From: Vulcanimicrobiota bacterium
Lineage (GTDB): Bacteria; Vulcanimicrobiota; Vulcanimicrobiia; Vulcanimicrobiales; Vulcanimicrobiaceae
Length of the DNA: 64,000 bases
Direction of reading: 5' to 3'
Assembly (NCBI GenBank): GCA_963723635.1
Contig: CAVRRP010000017.1
Coordinates: 11,356-75,355 of the forward strand
Of this stretch, positions 58,601 to 64,000 are shown in pieces; the stretch's first letter is position 1, and every line of letters starts with the position of its first letter. The position numbers and the translations under genes are program-made. Below the pieces are notes generated by a model. It was not told where the DNA came from. It did not search any database and saw only the letters and a list, made by a program, of their open reading frames with translations.

Positions 58601-59031
58601 AACACGGGCCGCCAGGAGCTCCCGGCATTGGTGGACTTCCACACCCCGCCACCCGCCGCGCCGGCATAGAACAACGCGGGATCGAGGTCCGTCCCTACGA
58701 CGGTCGCCACACGCCCACCCGAAACCGAGGGCCCGATGCTGCGCCACCGCAGCGCAGGCGCGGGACTCGGCGAAGCGCTAGGCGAGGGACTCGGCGCAAC
58801 CGACGCCTCGGCCCGCGGCCGCCCCACCTCCTGCGCCGACGCCCCCGCCGCGAATACGATGAGCAGGATCGCGAGCGCAACGCACGCCCAAACCGAACGC
58901 GCAGCGAACGCCCAAAGCCAACGCGCAGCCCACGACCGAGGCGAACAGTCGGCACACGACCGAAGCGAACGAGCCATGCACGACGCAAGGGACTGGCAAA
59001 CGGACGGACGAGCAGAACGGAAAACCGGCAT
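55687..59031 (-). CDS. VPS10/sortilin-like BNR (Asp-box) repeat glycosyl hydrolase-like protein
   Basis: WRSIGP..GGRV, many SxDGGxTW Asp-boxes, GGLQDNG, GGDG, ISPDLTRN; start uncertain. Confidence 0.9.
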   Translation of the reverse strand: MPVFRSARPSVCQSLASCMARSLRSCADCSPRSWAARWLWAFAARSVWACVALAILLIVFAAGASAQEVGRPRAEASVAPSPSPSASPSPAPALRWRSIGPSVSGGRVATVVGTDLDPALFYAGAAGGGVWKSTNAGSSWRPVFDTAGTQSIGAIAISAHDANDVWVGTGEPWPRNDVIPGDGIYHSTDGGKTWAHLGLAQTSQIARVLLDPRDPKRVVVAALGDPFRDSTERGIFRSTDGGKTWTKTLYAGPAVGASDLAMDPKSPDVLYAGLWRFRRSSWNLTSGGADDGIYKSVDGGVTWKRVAGNGLPAGMTGRIALAIAPSDSKRIYAIVESNDGLLWRSDDAGATWKLTSANTLIDERPFYYSRLVVDPHDEDHLFSVSVKLAESRTGGKTWHVSGKGLHGDHHDLWIAANGRTIAEANDGGVGMSHDNGATWEWRNVLPVSQFYHVAYDLQTPYHVCGGLQDNGSWCAPVRTGDERGILQHDWFKVQGGDGTWVVPNPRDPLTIWSAAGGGDNEGDVARFDRRTASQFDVSPYLRDQNVVAPTRLAYRFNWETPIAFDPFDPRAVYVGGNVLFRSTDDGMHWKAISPDLTRNLKERQGLSGGPLTLDVTGAETFDTILAIAPSTVAAKTLWISTDDGVVQLTRDGGAHWRNVSIPGVDADGRIPTIEPSHRSAGTAYAVVDRHYVGDRTPYVYVTNDFGATWRAIASGLPQSEVHVVREDPRNPRLLYAGTGKGVWWSADAGASWQPFPAPLPPVEVRDLAVHPVAGDLIAATHGRGMYVFDDLTALRERATASGAEARLFAPRAALPLQRYTPTVVTQPAGEDAAPAVFTFWQAAPAKTPPSLQIADARGRVVRRIEGTHEEAGEDVPNVTNLAGYNRVAWSLDEDPPVPWRRIAPWDRGPDTGAPVLSGRYTVRLLRDGKTYAQTIVVLRDRRVASAPDELRGYRFQTAMYAELSSLDGALNALDNVRVQLSDRIAGLKDAALADRARAVLAENARVERTISSQPVNDQDDDFLEDLLRERVLTFISDLSPGTPTAAQFAEGNALQREGSAGLAGYRTFVDRQVRPLNEALRAAGATPIDLNALPPKVKPDPNADEHARRGGAHE

Positions 59032-59059
59032 CGGCTCCTTCGTACGCGACGGCCATCGC

Positions 59060-59107
59060 TGTCACCCTGATCCTTCGACAGGCTCAGGACGAAGGGTGCG
59101 CCACGAT
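59060..59107. repeat. Nested REP-like element
   Basis: TGTCACCCTGA-[TCCTTCGACAGGCTCAGGA]-CGAAGGGTG: an inverted inner copy inside an outer copy. Confidence 0.8.
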
Positions 59108-59161
59108 CGCGCTCTCGAATGGCTTGCCCGGCACGGTTCTTTGTGATACAAAGCTAAGGCG

Positions 59162-60010
59162 ATGAAGATTTTACCGGCCGTCCCGCTCGCGCTGACCGCG
59201 GCGCTCGTCCTTCCGCTCGCGGCCGCGACCGCCGACCCGCTCTCGGTCTTCCAGCCGACCCAGGTGCGCGCGATCTCGGTCACGCCCGCCGATGCGAAAG
59301 CCCTCCATGCGTTTCCGCCGCTGGAGGCGTTCGGCACCGTGCGCGGGACCCGGTCCCCGGGTCTCGACGAGGCCGCATCCGCGAGCGAAGCCGCGCAGGA
59401 CGCGGGCTATGCGCTCCGGCTGCCGGCAACGGTCCCGGCATCGCTCGGTAACGACGCGCACTATCAGGTGACCCAGCGCGCGCGAACGTCGTTCACGTTC
59501 GACCAGGCGAAGGCGACCGCGTGGGCGCGCGCGCACAAGGTCGTGCTGCATCCGTTACCGGCGGGGCTCGACGGCGCGACGTACACCGCGACGCTGCGGC
59601 CCGTCACGCTGGTCACCTACGGCACGCCGCCGCGCACGCACCGCTCAGAGCGCGGCGTGCGGCGCGGAACGTTCCTCGCGATCGTGCAGGCGCCGGTGCC
59701 GACGGTGACGTCGAGCGGCGCATCGCTGCAAACGCTCGCCGAGTGGTTCTCGGCGCAGCCGGGCGTGCCGCCGCACCTCGTCGCGCAGATCAAAGCGATC
59801 GGCGATCCGACCCAGACGCTGCCGATTCCGATCCGCTTCGACAAGCAGACCGCGACGAAGATCGCCGTCGACGGCGTGCAAGGGCTGGCGATCGGCGACG
59901 AAACCGGGATCGGTTCGGCGGTCGTCTGGACGAAAGACGGCAAGCTCTACGCGGTCGGCGGAACGCTGACGCAGAGCGCGGTCCTCGCACTGGCCAACTC
60001 GCTGAAATAG
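59162..60010 (+). CDS. Exported hypothetical protein linked to the ABC transporter
   Basis: Signal peptide; QIKAIGDPTQTLPIP...AVVWTKDGKLYAVGG...LALANSL. Confidence 0.75.
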   Translation: MKILPAVPLALTAALVLPLAAATADPLSVFQPTQVRAISVTPADAKALHAFPPLEAFGTVRGTRSPGLDEAASASEAAQDAGYALRLPATVPASLGNDAHYQVTQRARTSFTFDQAKATAWARAHKVVLHPLPAGLDGATYTATLRPVTLVTYGTPPRTHRSERGVRRGTFLAIVQAPVPTVTSSGASLQTLAEWFSAQPGVPPHLVAQIKAIGDPTQTLPIPIRFDKQTATKIAVDGVQGLAIGDETGIGSAVVWTKDGKLYAVGGTLTQSAVLALANSLK

Positions 60011-60846
60011 TGTCCGCCGCGATCGCCGCGCGGGGCCTCGCGAAGCGTTACGGTCGCATCGACGCGCTGCACGATCTGACGCTGAACGTCGAGCGCGGCG
60101 AGTGCTTGGGCTTTCTGGGGCCGAACGGCGCCGGAAAGTCCACCGCGGTGAAGATGCTGGTCGGGCTGGTGCGGCCGACCGGCGGCGCCGCGGACGTGCT
60201 GAGCAAGCCGCTCGGCGATCGCGCGACGCGCGCGCGCATCGGGTATCTTCCCGAGCTGTTTCGCTACCCGGACTGGCTCGCGGCGCGCGAAGTGCTCGAA
60301 TTTCATGCCTCGCTGATGCGCCTGCGCGACGCCGCACGCGCGATCGAGCTCGTGCTCGACGAAGTCGGGCTGCGCGAGCGCGCGGGCGACCGCGTCGGAA
60401 CGTTCTCCAAAGGGATGCAGCAGCGGCTCGGGCTCGCCGTCGCGCTGCTGGGCGAACCGGAGATCGTGTTCTTGGACGAGCCGACATCGGCGCTCGATCC
60501 CGTCGGGCGCAGCGATGTGCGCGCGCTCATCGAGCGCTTGCGCGCGCGCAACACGACGGTGTTCCTCAACTCGCACCTCCTCGGCGAGGTGGAGCGCGTG
60601 TGCGATCGCGTCTGCGTCGTCGACCGCGGGCGCGTCGTCGCCGAAGGCACGGTCGACGCGCTGACCGGCCAGACTCGCGGCGCGCGCGTGCGCACCGACG
60701 ACGGCTGGCGCGACTACGACGTCGCGCATTCCGAGATCCCGGGCCTCGTCGCGCGGCTGGTCGCGGAGGGCGTGCGCATCCACGCGGTCGAGCCGAAGCA
60801 GACGACGCTCGAAGACCGTTTCCTCGCCTTGGTGCGGCATCCGTGA
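60010..60846 (+). CDS. ABC transporter ATP-binding protein
   Basis: GPNGAGKST, FSKGMQQR, FLDEPTSALD, NSH. Confidence 0.95.
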   Translation: MSAAIAARGLAKRYGRIDALHDLTLNVERGECLGFLGPNGAGKSTAVKMLVGLVRPTGGAADVLSKPLGDRATRARIGYLPELFRYPDWLAAREVLEFHASLMRLRDAARAIELVLDEVGLRERAGDRVGTFSKGMQQRLGLAVALLGEPEIVFLDEPTSALDPVGRSDVRALIERLRARNTTVFLNSHLLGEVERVCDRVCVVDRGRVVAEGTVDALTGQTRGARVRTDDGWRDYDVAHSEIPGLVARLVAEGVRIHAVEPKQTTLEDRFLALVRHP

Positions 60847-61703
60847 CGGTGCTGCTGTTCGCGGGGCTGACGCTGCGCGAGCTCGCGCGGCGCCGGCTCG
60901 TCGCGGCCGTCGCGCTGCTCACGCTCGCGATCGTCGCGTTCACCGCGTGGGGCATGCACCGGCTCGCCACCGCCGTCGTCGACGGCGCGCCGATCGCGGA
61001 GCCGGCGGTTCGCGGCACCGCGGCGGGGATCGTGATGCTGTTGGCGTTCCTGTTCTCGTTCGTCCTCGCGCTCGGTGCGGCGCTCGTCGGCGCGCCCGCG
61101 ATGGCGGAGAGCATCGCGAACGGTGAGATCCTCGCGGTGCTCGCGCGGCCCGTCCGGCGCGCCGATGTCGCGCTGGGACGCTGGCTCGGCACCGTGGTCG
61201 CGCTCGCGATCTACGTCGCGGTGGCCGGCAGCGTCGAGCTGCTCGTCGTGCGCGTCGCGACCAGCTACCTTCCGCCGCAACCGCTCGTCGCGCTCGCGTA
61301 CCTGTGCGCGCTCGCGGCCGTCGTCACGACGTCCGCCGTCGCGCTCGCGACGCGGCTACCGGCGCTCGCGGCCGGGATGGTGTCGGCGCTGTTGTTCGGC
61401 TTGGCGTGGATCGGCGGGATCGTGCAGTCGGTCGGGCTCGCGCTAGGAAATCAGCGCCTGGCCGACGCGGGGACCGTCGTCGCGCTGGTGTTTCCGTCGG
61501 ACGCGCTGTGGCGCGGCGCGCTGTTCGCGCTGCAGCCTGCGGTGTTCACCGCCGTCGCGGCCAGCTCCAATGCGAGCGGTGCGGGGCCGAATCCGTTCTC
61601 GGTGACGGCGCCGCCGCCCGCGGCGATGCTCGAGTGGGCATTCGGTTGGATCGTCGTGGTGCTCGTCGCGGGCATCGTGTCGTTTCGCACGCGCGATCTC
61701 TGA
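60843..61703 (+). CDS. ABC-2 type transporter permease
   Basis: Six TM segments, E..NG...VLARPVRR...LGRW, C-terminal FRTRDL. Confidence 0.9.
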   Translation: MTVLLFAGLTLRELARRRLVAAVALLTLAIVAFTAWGMHRLATAVVDGAPIAEPAVRGTAAGIVMLLAFLFSFVLALGAALVGAPAMAESIANGEILAVLARPVRRADVALGRWLGTVVALAIYVAVAGSVELLVVRVATSYLPPQPLVALAYLCALAAVVTTSAVALATRLPALAAGMVSALLFGLAWIGGIVQSVGLALGNQRLADAGTVVALVFPSDALWRGALFALQPAVFTAVAASSNASGAGPNPFSVTAPPPAAMLEWAFGWIVVVLVAGIVSFRTRDL

Positions 61704-61991
61704 TTGTCGGGCGTCGCCGACCGCCCCCGGGGTGTAGGCGAGCACCGCTCGCGCGGGCTCGCAGGAACGGTCGACGACGCACCCGCCGCGTCATTGCGCA
61801 CCGCCGAAACGGCTGCATGCGCGCGGACGGGTGATGCGCTTCCGCGGCGTCCGGCGCACCTGCTTCCTGGTGTGGTAGGTCGCAGGTTCGACGCTGGGGT
61901 TCGCGCGCGGAAACGCATCTGTTGGTTCGGTAGCATACTTCCGCGCGCCACGCAATACCACACTTCGAACGCGCGCTAGTACACTTCCGCC

Positions 61992-62348
61992 GTGGCGGAA
62001 ACCTTCGGCGAGCGCCTGCGCTCGTTGCGCACGCGCAGACATCTCACGCCGAGCGCGCTCGCGCACGCCGTCGGCGTGACCGAAGGCGCAATCCGTCAGA
62101 TGGAATCCGGTCAGACGAAGAGCGCAAGCTTCCTGGTCGGCCTGAAGCTGTCGCACGTGTTCGGCGTCAGTCCTTGGTTTTTGGCGACCGGGCGCGACGT
62201 TCCACCGGAAAGCGAATCACCCGCGCCGGATCGGGCTGCGGTGGCTCTTCTGGAGCGTCTGTCTGTGCAAGTAAGTACAATAGATCGTCGCGTGAAAGCA
62301 TTGGAAGCCCGGCAGCGCGGCGGTACTCGGCGAAAAGGTCAAGAATGA
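61992..62348 (+). CDS. XRE-family transcriptional regulator
   Basis: TFGERLRSLR...LAHAVGVTEGAIRQMESG...FGVSPWFLATG; TACACT-N6-GTG. Confidence 0.85.
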   Translation: MAETFGERLRSLRTRRHLTPSALAHAVGVTEGAIRQMESGQTKSASFLVGLKLSHVFGVSPWFLATGRDVPPESESPAPDRAAVALLERLSVQVSTIDRRVKALEARQRGGTRRKGQE

Positions 62349-62491
62349 TCTCAGGCGGCTGATACACGCCGCTGTTGTAGCGGAGCGCAGTGCCAACTGG
62401 CTGGCAGGCAAGCGCGAGCGCCGGCTGCGACACGAATGCAACCGCAACGCGCGTGCAAACACCGCAGCCTCGGTCCCGATCATGCGCCGAT

Positions 62492-63157
62492 GTGAAGGAC
62501 GAGCTCGACGAACGCGGTTACGCCGCACTGCCGGCGCTCCTCGGCGCGGATGCATGCGCCGATCTGCGCGCGCTGTTCGACGAAGACGGCGCATTCCGCA
62601 ACACCATCGTGATGGAACGATTGGGCTATGGCCGCGGCGTCTACCGGTACTTCCGCTACCCGTTGCCGCCCGTCGTCGAGCGCTTGCGCGAAGAGCTCTA
62701 CGCGCGGCTCGCGCCCGTCGCGAACGCCTGGGCGGAGGCGCTCGGCCAAGACGTCCGCTATCCGCCGGCGCTGCGCGCATTTCTCGAGCGCTGTCACGCG
62801 AACGGGCAGAACCGGCCGACGCCGCTGATGCTGCGCTATCGCGCGGGGGATCACAACGCGCTGCACCAGGACGTCTACGGCGACGTCGCGTTCCCGCTGC
62901 AAGCCACCGTGCTGCTCAGCGAGCCGGGGCCTGACTTCGCGGGCGGCGAGTTCGTGCTGGTCGAGCAGCGACCGCGCAAGCAGAGCCTCGCGCACGTGGT
63001 CCCGCTGGGACGCGGCGACGCGGTCGTGTTCCCGAACTCGATCCGGCCGGCTCACGGCGCGCGCGGGTATTTCCGGACGACGTTCCGCCACGGCGTCGGC
63101 GAGGTCCGGTCCGGCGAGCGGGTCACCTTAGGCGTCATCTTTCACGACGCCCGATGA
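62492..63157 (+). CDS. 2OG-Fe(II) oxygenase (DUF2086-like)
   Basis: GQNRPTPL, LHQDVYG, GGEFVLVEQRPRKQS, RHGV, TLGVIFHDA; start uncertain. Confidence 0.88.
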   Translation: MKDELDERGYAALPALLGADACADLRALFDEDGAFRNTIVMERLGYGRGVYRYFRYPLPPVVERLREELYARLAPVANAWAEALGQDVRYPPALRAFLERCHANGQNRPTPLMLRYRAGDHNALHQDVYGDVAFPLQATVLLSEPGPDFAGGEFVLVEQRPRKQSLAHVVPLGRGDAVVFPNSIRPAHGARGYFRTTFRHGVGEVRSGERVTLGVIFHDAR

Positions 63158-63188
63158 CCCCCGAATTGTCACCACCGACCCGTGTTGT

Positions 63189-63214
63189 TGTCACCCTCAG
63201 CCTGTCGAAGGGTG
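63189..63214 (+). repeat. REP-like repeat copy
   Basis: TGTCACCCTCAGCCTGTCGAAGGGTG, two mismatches to consensus. Confidence 0.85.
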
Positions 63215-63344
63215 CGGCACGATCCGGCACATGGCGGGATGCTCGTCACATCCCTATCCGCTCTGATGGAATCCCGGCGTCGAGTCGCGACTGCGTCGCA
63301 GAGCGCCCGCTTGAAACGCAGGGAGCGTGGGAATCTTCCTCGAC

Positions 63345-64000
63345 ATGAACCAGATGGAGAAAGTTTCCGCCGTCCGGACGCGGGTCTATAACGATTTTCC
63401 ACGCCAGCCTGTTCAGGAAACCAACCAACCACTGACAGGCAAGCGCCTCTGGTTCTTCGAGGACGGCTCGGGTGAGATGAAAGATCTCCTGGGCGGCAAG
63501 GGCGCCGGCCTCGCGGAGATGACGCGGGCCAAGCTGCCCGTCCCCCCCGGGTTCACGCTTACCACCGACGTGTGCCTCGCATTCTACGAAGCCGGACGGC
63601 GTCTGCCCGACGGGCTGTCCGGCGAGATTCGCGCAGCGATGCGCGAGCTCGAGCGCCGCACGGCCAAAGGGTTCGGCCAGCCCGCGAACCCGCTGCTCGT
63701 CTCGGTGCGCAGCGGCGCGCGCGTCTCCATGCCCGGCATGATGGACACCATCCTCAACCTCGGGCTCAACGACGACACCGTGTTCGGGCTGGCGAAGCTC
63801 ACCGGTAACGACCGCTTCGCGTACGACGCGTACCGGCGCTTCATGCAGATGTTCGGTAATGTCGTGCTCAACATTCCCAAGGAAGATTTCGACCACGTCG
63901 TCGACGAGGCGAAGCAGAAGGCCGGGGTCGCGACCGATCCCGAGCTCACGGCGGACCGCTGGAAAGAAGTGATCGCGCAGTTCCGCGAGATCGTGCGCAT
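63345..64000 (+). CDS. ppdK: Pyruvate phosphate dikinase, 5' part (runs off the window)
   Basis: MKDLLGGKGAGLAEM..LPVPPGFT, PLLVSVRSGARVSMPGMMDTILNLGLND, FAYDAYRRF; start uncertain. Confidence 0.93.
   Translation, partial: MNQMEKVSAVRTRVYNDFPRQPVQETNQPLTGKRLWFFEDGSGEMKDLLGGKGAGLAEMTRAKLPVPPGFTLTTDVCLAFYEAGRRLPDGLSGEIRAAMRELERRTAKGFGQPANPLLVSVRSGARVSMPGMMDTILNLGLNDDTVFGLAKLTGNDRFAYDAYRRFMQMFGNVVLNIPKEDFDHVVDEAKQKAGVATDPELTADRWKEVIAQFREIVR

Noticed and set aside
61878-61900. GGTCGCAGGTTCGA, resembling a tRNA T-arm
   Set aside because: The downstream bases do not pair to form the T-stem, and no acceptor or anticodon arms can be built.
62167-62433. 88-aa minus-strand ORF
   Set aside because: Largely antisense to the better-supported XRE regulator, with no motif support.
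63584-64000. Minus-strand ORFs at the right edge
   Set aside because: Antisense shadows of ppdK, which the ORF track omits because it has no stop inside the window.

Overview
This is a high-GC bacterial chromosomal window with no rRNA, tRNA, CRISPR array, integrase or transposase that I can support. The many Gly-rich lipoproteins, the TPR-LuxR regulator and the leaderless promoters suggest a soil Terrabacteria lineage such as Ca. Eremiobacterota; this is inference only. Left to right it contains: an RHS toxin 3' part with a Sel1-repeat gene; pbpC and a thioester-less alpha-2-macroglobulin (A2M); a hotspot where the 3' ends of A2M and of a convergent VOC gene are duplicated around a RelE/HigA-like pair; VOC/DoxX/HxlR genes; exported lipoproteins; glpX; a GAF kinase-NarL-SDR-QueA-like cluster; tdk; a diguanylate cyclase; an amidase; HicB with an unknown partner; the arg operon (argF-R-G-GNAT-H-C-J-D, with ARG boxes and several 1-nt frameshifts); a lower-GC patch of small ORFs; argB; a small exported peptide with a TPR-LuxR regulator; a VPS10/BNR protein; an ABC module; and the start of ppdK. 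A 26-bp REP-like repeat (TGTCACCCTGAGCTTGTCGAAGGGTG) occurs about 9 times, including in frame inside argG and probably argJ. The best candidates for undescribed biology are: (1) the secreted-peptide / TPR-LuxR pair, which resembles a peptide signalling cassette; (2) the duplicated gene-end cassette; (3) a pair of tiny CxCxH-H-GC-CxC proteins; (4) the coding REP insertions. All family assignments come from motif recognition, not database searches.
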